A stretch of 64,000 nucleotides of DNA from NCBI GenBank assembly GCA_044229975.1, contig JBGARZ010000024.1:1-64000 (forward strand), written 5' to 3'. Each line of letters starts with the position of its first letter. Within the stretch, counting starts at the first letter, position 1. Made by a program: the position numbers and the translations under genes. The DNA is from Polyangiales bacterium (lineage in GTDB: Bacteria > Myxococcota_A > Polyangia > Polyangiales > Ga0077539). This document shows, piece after piece, positions 32,301-41,527 of the stretch. A model generated the notes under the pieces. The model saw nothing but the letters and a program-made list of their open reading frames with translations, made no database searches and was not told the DNA's origin.

Positions 32301-34085
32301 TCATCCCGCTGATGTGTCGGCGAGGGGCGGTTCGGCCGGGGTCGTGCGGTAGAGCGCCCGGTCGTAGAGCCACTGCCGCGTCTCGAAGCCCAGCAGGTCG
32401 AGCTGCGCCCCTGCCTCGGGCACCGCGAAAAACCCCCGACCCGCCAGGTGCACCGCGAACTCCGGTCCCGACGGCAGAAACCCGAAGTAGTACGGGTTCT
32501 CCCGCAGCCCCTCGGGCACCGGCACCCCCGCCGCCGCGAAGCGCGCCTCCAGGGTGGTGATCCAACCGTCCATCACCCCGCCGAGGCCCTGCGCGGTGAG
32601 GTGCTCACGCGCGAGCTCGCCCAACCGTCGCCAGGTGCGCTCGGCGTTGTCCAGCGCCACGAAGCGCGCCCCGAGGCGGTGCCCCTCGGGCACCCGCGCG
32701 AGCCAGTTGAAGAGCCGTTGCAACGCCACCGTGCGGTCGCGGTAGAGCTCGTCGGCGGCCGGGTCGAGGTACTCGATCTCGCACACCACAGGCGCCCCGG
32801 GGAGCAGCCGGTGAAACGCCGGATCCTTCACGGCGACGGCGGCGTGGAGGTCGTCGACGGGTCGGGCGGCCATGCGTTGGAGGGGGTTGTCCTGCGGGCT
32901 CTTGGTGGTGCCGCGCACGATGGGCTCCAGGGCGTCGCGGGCGCCGCGGGTGGCGCGCAGCACCGAGCGCGAGAAGAAGGTCTCGTCGAGGTCGTCGTTG
33001 TTGCCCGCGTAGAGGCCGAAGTCCTTCGCGATGCCGCCCATGGTGGTGCCCAGGTACGGCGCGAGAATCGACGACCACGCGATGTCGGGCTGGATGCGGT
33101 TGTTGAGCGCGAGGCTCTGGAGGTCGGTCTCGATGTCGCTGAAGGGCACCGCGAGGATCTGCTGCGTGCGCAGCGAGAGCCCGTGCGCCTTCACCTTGCG
33201 GGTGCCCTCGACGATGAGGTCGTCGGGCATCGGGCGCAGCAGCACGTAGCGGCGGAGGAAGTCGTTGCCCGACTCGATGGCGAGCGTGACGCCCGTGCAG
33301 CCGCCCTCGCGGAAGAGGGCGAGGCGCTCCTCGTCGCGGGTGAGCTCCAGGCGGATCTGGCAGTGCCACGGGACGCCCACGCGGGTGCGCCACTCCCGCG
33401 CGAACTCCCGCAGCCACGGGATGTTGAAGCCGAAGATGTCGTCCTGCATGTAGATCATCGACAGCGGCCAGCGGTCGCGGATGGCGATGGCCTCCTGGAC
33501 GATCTCCTCGACGGGTCGGACGTTGAGCGCGAAGCCCCCGTACATCTTGTTGTAGCTGGGCGCGTAGCAGTAGCTGCAATGGAAGGGGCAGCCGACGGAG
33601 CAGAAGATGCTCTTGATGGGGCTCTGCCCCAGCGCGCCGTAGCGCGCGTAGAGCAGGTCGCGGTCGGGCTGCGGAAAGCCTTCGGCGACGCGGTCTTCGT
33701 CGAAGTGTTCGCCCGCCGGGAGCTCGCCTTCGAGGATGCGGCGGAAGGTGCGAAACCCCTCGCCCTTCACCACCCAGTCGGCGTGCGCGGCGCAGTCGCT
33801 GGTGAAGTACGTCGCGTGGGGGCCGCCGATGACCACCTTCGCGCCGAGCTCGCGCACCCGGTCGCAGGCGGCGAACATCCGCGCGTGCCCGCCGGTCCAC
33901 ACGGAGAAGCCGACGACGTCGGGGGCGAAGGCGCGCACCTCGTCGTAGAGCGGCGCGAAGTCGCCGTCCTTCACGAGCACCACGCGGCAGTCCCACCCGA
34001 GGCGCTTCGCGAGCCCGAGCAGGTAGAGAATCCCCAGCGGCTCGATCAGGTAGTACTTGCCGACGAGGATGAGCCGGGGACGCAT
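32301..34085 (-). CDS. B12-binding domain radical SAM protein
   Basis: EPLGILYL, VIGGPHAT, KGEG, GCPFHCSYC, QDDIF and AIESG. Confidence 0.9.
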   Translation of the reverse strand: MRPRLILVGKYYLIEPLGILYLLGLAKRLGWDCRVVLVKDGDFAPLYDEVRAFAPDVVGFSVWTGGHARMFAACDRVRELGAKVVIGGPHATYFTSDCAAHADWVVKGEGFRTFRRILEGELPAGEHFDEDRVAEGFPQPDRDLLYARYGALGQSPIKSIFCSVGCPFHCSYCYAPSYNKMYGGFALNVRPVEEIVQEAIAIRDRWPLSMIYMQDDIFGFNIPWLREFAREWRTRVGVPWHCQIRLELTRDEERLALFREGGCTGVTLAIESGNDFLRRYVLLRPMPDDLIVEGTRKVKAHGLSLRTQQILAVPFSDIETDLQSLALNNRIQPDIAWSSILAPYLGTTMGGIAKDFGLYAGNNDDLDETFFSRSVLRATRGARDALEPIVRGTTKSPQDNPLQRMAARPVDDLHAAVAVKDPAFHRLLPGAPVVCEIEYLDPAADELYRDRTVALQRLFNWLARVPEGHRLGARFVALDNAERTWRRLGELAREHLTAQGLGGVMDGWITTLEARFAAAGVPVPEGLRENPYYFGFLPSGPEFAVHLAGRGFFAVPEAGAQLDLLGFETRQWLYDRALYRTTPAEPPLADTSAG

Positions 34086-34109
34086 GGGACCCGACGGAGG
34101 GTAGCGCGA

Positions 34110-35558
34110 TCACGCCCCTCGGCGGATGTGCTCCAGCAGCGCCGTCGTCGATCGACCCGGCTCCAGCGCGACCAGCTCGACCCGGCCGCCGTGCGCCTCG
34201 ACCGACGCGCGGCCCACCACCTGGTCGACCCGGTAGTCGGCGCCCTTCACCAGCACGTCGGGGCGCACCGCCTCGATGAGCGCGAGCGGCGTGTCGTCGT
34301 CGAAGCCCACCACGCCGTCGACGCAGGCCAGCGCCGCCAGCAGCGCCGCCCGCTCGCCCCACGGCAGCGTCGGCCGCCCCGCGCCCTTCAGCCGCGCCAC
34401 CGAGGCGTCGCCGTTGAGACCCACCAGCAGCACGTCGCCGAAGGCCGCCGCGCGGGCCAGCAGCGCCACGTGCCCGGCGTGCAGCAGGTCGAAGCACCCG
34501 TTGGTGAACACCACCCGCCGCCCGGAGAGGCGCCACCACGCGAGCCGCTCGGCGAGGGCGTCGCGGGTGAGCACCTTGCCCGCGTGCGTGAGGCCGAGCG
34601 CGGCGATGAGCTCGGAGGGCGCGACGACGGCGGTGCCCACGCGGCCGACGGCCACGCCCGCGGCGGCGTTGGCGAGCTGCGCGGCCGTCGCGAGCGGGGC
34701 GCCGCAGGCGAGGCCCAGCGCCAGCACCGCGATGACCACGTCGCCCGCCCCGGTCACGTCGTAGACCTCCTGCCGCTCGGCCGGGATCGTCACCGGCTCG
34801 CGGCCGCGCTCCACCACGCACATGCCGCGCGCGCCGAGGGTCACCACCATCGCCTCGACGCCCGACGACTCCAGCACCGCCCGCGCCGTCGCCGGAACCT
34901 CCTCCGCCGACAGCGACCGGCCCGCCACCGCCTCCAGCTCGCGGAGGTTGGGCGTGATGACCCGCGCGCCCCGGTACACCGAGAAGTCCCGCCGCTTGGG
35001 GTCGACCAGCACCGGCGCGCCCAGCGCGGCGCCGCGCTCGATCACGGCGCGCACCGCCTCGGGGGTGAGCATCCCCTTGGCGTAGTCGCTCAGCACGATG
35101 GCCCCGACGGGCCCGCTCGTCGCGGCCTCGATGAGGCCGACGGCGGTGTCCGGGTCGACCGCGCGGGGCGTCTCCCAGTCCATGCGCAGGAGCTGCTGGT
35201 GCTGCGCGAGCACCCGCACCTTGCGCACGGTGGACCACTGCGCGCCGCGCGCCACCGCCCCGACGTCGACGCCCGCCGACCGGCACGCCGCGAGGAGCGT
35301 CGCGCCCGCTTCGTCTTCACCGACCACGCCGCAGAGGCGCACCGACGCCCCGAGCGCGGCGGCGCAGTGGGCGACGTGCGCGGCGCCGCCCGGCCGGTGG
35401 AAGGTCTCGGTCACCTCGACCACGGGAACCGGCGCTTCGGGCGAGATGCGGCTCACGCTGCCGACGAGGTACTCGTCGAGCATCAGGTCGCCCACCACCG
35501 CGACGCGGGCCCCGGCCACCTGGCGCAGCACATCGATGGCCTCGCCCGCGGGGATCAC
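34110..35558 (-). CDS. hldE: Bifunctional D-glycero-beta-D-manno-heptose-7-phosphate kinase / heptose-1-phosphate adenylyltransferase
   Basis: GDLMLDEY..SRISPEAPVPV, DVTGAGD, FTNGCFDLLHAGH and KGADY. The GTG start is inferred. Confidence 0.93.
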   Translation of the reverse strand: MIPAGEAIDVLRQVAGARVAVVGDLMLDEYLVGSVSRISPEAPVPVVEVTETFHRPGGAAHVAHCAAALGASVRLCGVVGEDEAGATLLAACRSAGVDVGAVARGAQWSTVRKVRVLAQHQQLLRMDWETPRAVDPDTAVGLIEAATSGPVGAIVLSDYAKGMLTPEAVRAVIERGAALGAPVLVDPKRRDFSVYRGARVITPNLRELEAVAGRSLSAEEVPATARAVLESSGVEAMVVTLGARGMCVVERGREPVTIPAERQEVYDVTGAGDVVIAVLALGLACGAPLATAAQLANAAAGVAVGRVGTAVVAPSELIAALGLTHAGKVLTRDALAERLAWWRLSGRRVVFTNGCFDLLHAGHVALLARAAAFGDVLLVGLNGDASVARLKGAGRPTLPWGERAALLAALACVDGVVGFDDDTPLALIEAVRPDVLVKGADYRVDQVVGRASVEAHGGRVELVALEPGRSTTALLEHIRRGA

Positions 35559-35665
35559 CGCGCCGACGCTACGGCACATCCGCCCGCGCAAACAAGCCGC
35601 GCGTTGACGCGCGAGACGCCGCCTCCGTACCATCGAAGGGGCAGCGGCGAAGACACGGCGAGACG

Positions 35666-36922
35666 TTGAACCAGGAAGCCATCCGACGCCTCGACGCGCT
35701 CTTCGGGAGCCAGCTCTGCCTCCTGCTCACGGCGCACCGCCGCGTCGTCGAAGCGCTCGGGGCGCGCGCGCCGTCGGCGGAGCCCACCGGGGTGGTGTTC
35801 ATCAAGCTGGTCGAGCAGGGGGCCACGGTGCTCGCCTCGGCCGCCGTGCGCCGCGCCGTCGCGCGCGTGGGTCGCGACCGGGTGTTCTTCCTCGTCTTCG
35901 AGGAGAACCGCGCCATCCTCGACCTGCTCGACCTCGTGCCGCCCGCCAACGTCCTCGCCGTGCGCAGCAGCTCGCCCGCGGTCTTCGCGCGCGACGTCGC
36001 CCGGGCCCTCTTCACCCTGCGCCGGGCCCGCGTCGACACCGCCGTCGACCTGGAGTTCATGACCCGCGCGCCCGCGGCCCTCGCGTACCTCTCGGGCGCC
36101 ACCCGCCGCGTCGGCCTGCACCGCTTCGGCGCCGAGGCCCCCTACCGCGGCGACCTCATGACCCACCGCGTGCAGCACAACCCCTTCCTGCACACCTCGC
36201 AGGCCTACGCCGCGCTCGTCGAGGCCCTCGGCTGCGACCCGGCCGACACGCCGATGCCGAAGTTCGTGCCCGACCCCATCGACGCCGAGGCGCCGCGCTT
36301 CGTGCCGCGGCCCGACGAGCTCGCGCGGGTGCGGGCGCTCGTCGCCGAGCTCGCCGGGCGCACCCCCGACGGACCGCTGGTGGTGCTCAACCCCAACACG
36401 GGCGACCTCATCCCGCTGCGGATGTGGCCCGCGTCGCAGTTCGCCGCGCTCGGTCGCCTGGTGGTGGAGGCCTTTCCGACGGCGACGGTGGTCATCACCG
36501 GGCTCGCGAGCGAGCGCGAGGGCGCCGAGGCGGTGTGCCGCGCCATCGGCTCCGACCGGGCCATCTGCGTGGCGGGCCGCACCACCCTGCGCGACGTGGT
36601 GGTGCTCTACACCTTCGCCGACGTGCTGGTCGCCAGCGACAGCGGGCCCGGGCACTTCGCCTCGCTCACCGACATCGACATCGTCGTGCTCTTCGGACCG
36701 GAAGCCCCGCAGGTGTTTGGTCCGCTCGGGCCGCGCGCGCACGTCCACTGGGGCGGCCTCGCGTGCAGCCCCTGCGTCAACCCGTACAACCACCGCTCGT
36801 CGCCGTGCACCCGCAACGCGTGCATGGACGTGCACACGCCCGAAGGGGTGTTCGAGACCGTCGCGGCCTGCCTCACCGCGCGCCGCCCGCTCGACGCCCT
36901 CCTGCGCGGAGGTACGGCGTGA
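35666..36922 (+). CDS. GT9 family (ADP-heptose-type) glycosyltransferase
   Basis: IKLVEQG, RMWPASQF, AGRTTL, SDSGPGHFA, LFGP and a C-terminal CSPC..C..C. It sits between hldE and hldD. Confidence 0.85.
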   Translation: MNQEAIRRLDALFGSQLCLLLTAHRRVVEALGARAPSAEPTGVVFIKLVEQGATVLASAAVRRAVARVGRDRVFFLVFEENRAILDLLDLVPPANVLAVRSSSPAVFARDVARALFTLRRARVDTAVDLEFMTRAPAALAYLSGATRRVGLHRFGAEAPYRGDLMTHRVQHNPFLHTSQAYAALVEALGCDPADTPMPKFVPDPIDAEAPRFVPRPDELARVRALVAELAGRTPDGPLVVLNPNTGDLIPLRMWPASQFAALGRLVVEAFPTATVVITGLASEREGAEAVCRAIGSDRAICVAGRTTLRDVVVLYTFADVLVASDSGPGHFASLTDIDIVVLFGPEAPQVFGPLGPRAHVHWGGLACSPCVNPYNHRSSPCTRNACMDVHTPEGVFETVAACLTARRPLDALLRGGTA

Positions 36923-37866
36923 TCGTCGTCACCGGCGGCGCGGGCTTCATCGGCTCCAACCTGGTGCGCGCCCTCAACGCGCGCGGCCGCGACGACGTGC
37001 TCGTGGTCGACGACCTCACCGACGGGCGGAAGTTCGCCAACCTCGCGACGGCCCGCCTCGCCGACTACGTCGACGTCGACGACTTCGCGCGCATGGTCGA
37101 CACCGACGACCCGGCGCTCGGTGGGGTCACCGCGGTGCTGCACCAGGGCGCCTGCTCCGACACCACCGAGCGCGACGGCCGCAAGATGATGCGGGCCAAC
37201 TACGAGTCGTCCAAGCGGGTGTTCGGGTTCTGCCAGCGGCGCGGGGTGCCGCTGGTCTACGCGTCGTCGGCGGCGGTCTACGGCGGCGGCAGGCGCTTCG
37301 TCGAGGAGCCATCGGCCGAGCGACCGCTCAACGTCTACGGCTGGTCGAAGCTGCTCTTCGATCAGTGGGTGCGACGGCGCCCGTCGGAGACCCAGGTGGT
37401 GGGCCTGCGGTACTTCAACGTCTACGGACCGGGCGAGGACCACAAAGGCTCCATGGCGAGCGTCGCGCGGCACCTGCACCGGCAGCTCGTCGACACCGGG
37501 CGCGTACGTCTCTTCGAGGGGACCGACGGCTACGCCCACGGCGAGCAGCGGCGGGACTTCGTCCACGTCGCGGACGTGTGCGACGTGGTGCTGTGGTTTC
37601 TCGACCACCCGGAGCGGTCGGGGATCTTCAACGTGGGCACCGGGGCGAGCCGACCGTTCATGGACGTGGCCCGCGCGGTGATCGCCTTCCATGGTCGTGG
37701 CGAGGTGGAGTTCGTTCCCTTCCCCGCGCACCTGCGCGGCGCCTACCAGAGCTTCACCGAGGCCGACCTCACCGCCCTGCGCGCCACCGGCTACGGCGGA
37801 ACCTTCCGCGACGTCGCCGACGGCGTCCCGCAGTACCTAGCCGAGCTCACCGACCATGTCTTCTGA
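36919..37866 (+). CDS. hldD: ADP-L-glycero-D-manno-heptose 6-epimerase
   Basis: VIVVTGGAGFIGSNL, HQGACSDTTE, YASSAAVYG, PLNVYGWSK and LRYFNVYGPGEDHKGSMAS. GTGA overlap with GT9. Confidence 0.95.
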   Translation: MIVVTGGAGFIGSNLVRALNARGRDDVLVVDDLTDGRKFANLATARLADYVDVDDFARMVDTDDPALGGVTAVLHQGACSDTTERDGRKMMRANYESSKRVFGFCQRRGVPLVYASSAAVYGGGRRFVEEPSAERPLNVYGWSKLLFDQWVRRRPSETQVVGLRYFNVYGPGEDHKGSMASVARHLHRQLVDTGRVRLFEGTDGYAHGEQRRDFVHVADVCDVVLWFLDHPERSGIFNVGTGASRPFMDVARAVIAFHGRGEVEFVPFPAHLRGAYQSFTEADLTALRATGYGGTFRDVADGVPQYLAELTDHVF

Positions 37867-39904
37867 GTGCCTCCGCGCGACCTTCCTGCTGCCGTTCCTG
37901 GTGACGCTGCTGCCGTTCCTGGTCGCGGGCTTCTCGGTCTGGGCGCACCTCCGTCGGCCCGCCTGGGCGGGGCTCCCGACCCCCACGCTGCCGCTCGCGC
38001 GTCGGCTCCTCGCCCTGTCGCCCTACGCCCTCATCTTCGGCCTCGTGCTGGGCGTGTGCCTCTGGAAGCTCGCCCCCCACTGGCGCATGCAGATCGACGA
38101 GGAGCGCGACCAGCTCATGGCCGCCCTCTGCGGCACCGGGCGCGCCTGCCCCCTCGTGGGCAACGAGATGAACCGCCTGCGCGTCCAGCTCGGGCCCCTC
38201 AACCGCTACCTCATGACCGCGACCTTCCTCGCGCACCGCGATCCGCGCACCACCCTGGTGGTGCTCGTGGTCTGCCACGCGCTGGCGATGGCCTGGGCCG
38301 CGCGCCTCGCCGACTCGCTCTTCCGCGCGCCCGCGGGCCTCGGCGTCGCGCTGCTCCTGGGCGTCCACCCGGTGCTGATGGAGTCGTACCTCCAGCCGTC
38401 CAACGGCCCGTGGGTCACGCTCCCGCTCGTCGCCACCATCGCCCTCACCCTGCGCTGGCTGCGCGGCGACGGTGGCGTCCCCCTCGTCGGCGCCGTCACC
38501 GCGCTCGCGTGCGCGATGCAGTTCCACGGCACCTCGATGGAGTTCGCGCCCATCGTGCTCGTGCTCGGGGTGATCTACCGCCCGCGCACGCCGCGCTGGG
38601 CGCTCGTCGCGTCGGCCGCCGTCGTGGCGGTGATGTACCTGCCGTGGCTGTGGTTCCAGTTCATCTCGGACTGGTCGGGCTTCCGGGCGTTCTCGCTGTC
38701 GTGGGTGCTGGGCGGGGGGATGTCCTCGACGGCGATCCCCAACGGCCCGCCGCCCGGGCTCGTCACGCGGCTCATGGCGCCCCTCAAGAGCGTCGGCCCG
38801 GCGGCCCTGCTCCTCGCCCCGGGCATGGTCGCGCTCTGGCCCGGCCGTGACCCCGAGCGCCGCGGCCTGCTGGCCTTCGCGCTGGTCCCGCTCGCCATCT
38901 CCCTCGCCGGCGCGGCCGCCACCGGGGGGCTGTGGGCCGATCGGTACTGCATCGTGTTCCTGCACGCGGTGACGCTCGCGGCCTTCGGGTGGGTGCGGTT
39001 CGCGTGGCAGTGGTTGCCCCGCGCGTCGTGGGCGCTGGTGCCCGCCGTCGCGCTGGTGTGCGCGCAGTCGGCCGCGCAGTCCCTCCGCGACAACCCCAAC
39101 CCCCACGACGTCGCCTCGCGCAGCCGGGTGCAGGTCTCCCTCTCCGAGGACATCGAGGCCACCCGCGTGCTCGCCGCCCACGGCTTCCGCCGCCAGGACC
39201 TCGCCCACCGCGTCCACGGCAAGCCCTGGGCTCGCTGGACCAGCGGCCGCGCCTACCTGGGCTACTGGATCATCGGCCCGCGCTCGACGCCCGCCCCCGC
39301 CGAGCACGCGCTGGCGACCGAGTGCGCCGTCCACGACCCGGGCTTCGTCCGTTGGCAGCGCGCGCTCGCGCCCGGTCCCGGCATCCGGCACCACCTCGTG
39401 GGCTACCGCCCCACCCTCGACCCCGCGCGCCTCGAGATCGACTTCGGCGACGGCCCGCCGTGGAGCCTCGACGACGGGCTGCCGTTCTTCATGGAGCAGA
39501 TGCACGGCGGCGACAGCCGTCTGCGCGGCATGGTCGACCCGGCCCTGGCCTACCCCGAACCCCTCGCGATGCTCAACACCCGGTGGCTGCAACGGCGCAA
39601 CGGCGCCTCCGCTCGGATGCGCGTGGTGACGCGGATCACGCGCTGCGAGGGCGAGCGCTTCGTGACGCTGCTGGCCTCGCGCACGCACGTCCCGACCTTC
39701 ACCGTGGGCGGCGTGGCGCGCGCGCCGGACGCGACCCTGGAGGCCGTCGACGACGTCCGCTACCGCCTCCGCCCGACGCCCGCCGAGTGCGCCGCGGCGC
39801 CCATCGAGGTCGTCGCGGAGATCCCGCTGCCGCCCATGACGTCCGCCCCGCGGCGCATCGACCTGTACGAAGAGCCCGCCCCGGGCTGCGACGGAGACCG
39901 GTGA
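37856..39904 (+). CDS. Polytopic membrane protein, GT-C/ArnT-like
   Basis: Acidic loop IDEERDQ after the first TMs, LGPL..YL, MQFH, DRY and a soluble C-terminal domain. Confidence 0.6.
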   Translation: MSSECLRATFLLPFLVTLLPFLVAGFSVWAHLRRPAWAGLPTPTLPLARRLLALSPYALIFGLVLGVCLWKLAPHWRMQIDEERDQLMAALCGTGRACPLVGNEMNRLRVQLGPLNRYLMTATFLAHRDPRTTLVVLVVCHALAMAWAARLADSLFRAPAGLGVALLLGVHPVLMESYLQPSNGPWVTLPLVATIALTLRWLRGDGGVPLVGAVTALACAMQFHGTSMEFAPIVLVLGVIYRPRTPRWALVASAAVVAVMYLPWLWFQFISDWSGFRAFSLSWVLGGGMSSTAIPNGPPPGLVTRLMAPLKSVGPAALLLAPGMVALWPGRDPERRGLLAFALVPLAISLAGAAATGGLWADRYCIVFLHAVTLAAFGWVRFAWQWLPRASWALVPAVALVCAQSAAQSLRDNPNPHDVASRSRVQVSLSEDIEATRVLAAHGFRRQDLAHRVHGKPWARWTSGRAYLGYWIIGPRSTPAPAEHALATECAVHDPGFVRWQRALAPGPGIRHHLVGYRPTLDPARLEIDFGDGPPWSLDDGLPFFMEQMHGGDSRLRGMVDPALAYPEPLAMLNTRWLQRRNGASARMRVVTRITRCEGERFVTLLASRTHVPTFTVGGVARAPDATLEAVDDVRYRLRPTPAECAAAPIEVVAEIPLPPMTSAPRRIDLYEEPAPGCDGDR

Positions 39905-41490
39905 CCCCGCTGCGTCGCCGGGCGCTGGTCGTCGCCGGGTCGCTGGGCGCCGTGCTGGCGCTGCTGCTCGTGGCCGAAGGGCTGCTCCGTCTGCTGCACA
40001 TCGGCCCCGCGGTGCAGCCCAACGACGCGGAGTTCACCGAGCGCAGCCTCCGCTACCTGGAGCCCTGCTACCGACGTTCGGGCGACTCGCTGGTGGAGAC
40101 CAACACGGGTCGACCGCCGCCGCAGCGCCACGCGACGGTGCGCCGCGCCCGCACCGCGGGGGTGCCGCGCCTCGCCGTCGTGGGCGAGTCCAGCGCCGAC
40201 ATGCTGGGGCAGTCGCTGGAGATGCTCCTCCAGCGGCAGCCGCCGTGTGGTCGCCGCTACGAGGTGCTCCAGTGCGCGATTCCGGGCTCCGGCCTCGAAC
40301 ACCTGGAGCGCCGCTTCGACGAGGTGATGGACCTCTCCCCCGACGCGGTGGTCATCACCTTCGGGCACAACCTGGGCTTCCTCTTCTCGGCCGACGAGGC
40401 TCGCCTGCGGGCCCGCCGCCTGCGCGACCACAGCCGCCTGCTGGCGGTCCTCGGCCCCTCCTTCGACGGGCCGCGCGCGAGCCCCAACGCGACCTTCGCC
40501 GCGCGGCTGCCGCGCTTCGAGGCCTTCCTCGCGCGCGCGGCCCGCGAGGGTCGCCGCCGCCACGTCGGCGTGGTGATGACCACCATGGCGGGCAACCTCT
40601 GGATCCCGCCCACGAGCTACCCCGACGAGCGCGCCGCGCCCGTCCTCGTGGACGCCCGCTACACCGAAGCGACCGTCGGACCGCGCGAGGCGGCCGCGCT
40701 GCTCGACCGCACCGAGACCTCCCTCGCTCGCTTCGAGCGGGGCGTGCTGCTGGCGCGGGCCCACGACCCGACGGCGGCCCGAGCGAGCCTGGCGCACGCG
40801 GTGGAGACCGACTCCTTCGCGTCGCGGGCCACGGACGCCGTCAACGACGCCATCCGCCGGGTCGCCGCGCGCGAGGGAGCGCTGCTGCGCGACACGGTGC
40901 GGGCCGTCGAGGCCGGGGCGCCGCAGGGCCTGCCCGGGTGGGAGAGCTTCCGCGACAACTGCCACCTGCGGACGCCGCTCTTCGACCGCGAGGCGATCGA
41001 GGTGTTCGGGCTCGCGCGGCCCGCGATGGGTCTATCCCCGACGTGCGCGCTGACCGGCACCAGCGGGGGCTCCGAAGCGGGTGACCTGACGGCGTTCTTC
41101 CGACAGCTCCGGGGCTTTCCGCCGGAGATGCGGGTGGGCTGGTACGAGGCCGGGGCGCTACAGATCGAGCGGCGCTCGCTCGACGACGAGGCGAGCGAGT
41201 CGCGCGAGGTGGCGAGCCTCCTGGCGGCGTCGCCGGCGCCCGAGGCGCTCGTGGCCGCGGCGGAGGGACGCTGGCGCGCGGGTCACGTCGACGAGGCGCG
41301 CGCCCTCAACGAGCGGGCGCGCGGCGCCGGGAGCGCCGAGGCGTGGGTGCAGCTCGGGGTCTTCCACCTGCGGCAGCGGGCGCCCGAGGAGGCGCGCGCG
41401 GCGTGGCAGCGGGCGCTCTCCATCGACCCGCAGCGGGCCGACGCGCTGCGCTTCATGGAGCGCCTGGGGACACCGAGCGCGGGGCCCTGA
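39901..41490 (+). CDS. Membrane-anchored SGNH-hydrolase-like protein with C-terminal TPR
   Basis: GTG start overlaps the upstream stop. N-terminal TM ending AEGLLR, VVGESSA, GHN, DNCH and TPR AWVQLG..ALSIDP. Confidence 0.7.
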   Translation: MTPLRRRALVVAGSLGAVLALLLVAEGLLRLLHIGPAVQPNDAEFTERSLRYLEPCYRRSGDSLVETNTGRPPPQRHATVRRARTAGVPRLAVVGESSADMLGQSLEMLLQRQPPCGRRYEVLQCAIPGSGLEHLERRFDEVMDLSPDAVVITFGHNLGFLFSADEARLRARRLRDHSRLLAVLGPSFDGPRASPNATFAARLPRFEAFLARAAREGRRRHVGVVMTTMAGNLWIPPTSYPDERAAPVLVDARYTEATVGPREAAALLDRTETSLARFERGVLLARAHDPTAARASLAHAVETDSFASRATDAVNDAIRRVAAREGALLRDTVRAVEAGAPQGLPGWESFRDNCHLRTPLFDREAIEVFGLARPAMGLSPTCALTGTSGGSEAGDLTAFFRQLRGFPPEMRVGWYEAGALQIERRSLDDEASESREVASLLAASPAPEALVAAAEGRWRAGHVDEARALNERARGAGSAEAWVQLGVFHLRQRAPEEARAAWQRALSIDPQRADALRFMERLGTPSAGP

Positions 41491-41527
41491 CGCCGATGGG
41501 GCGGTGGTACCCTCGGACGCACCATCG

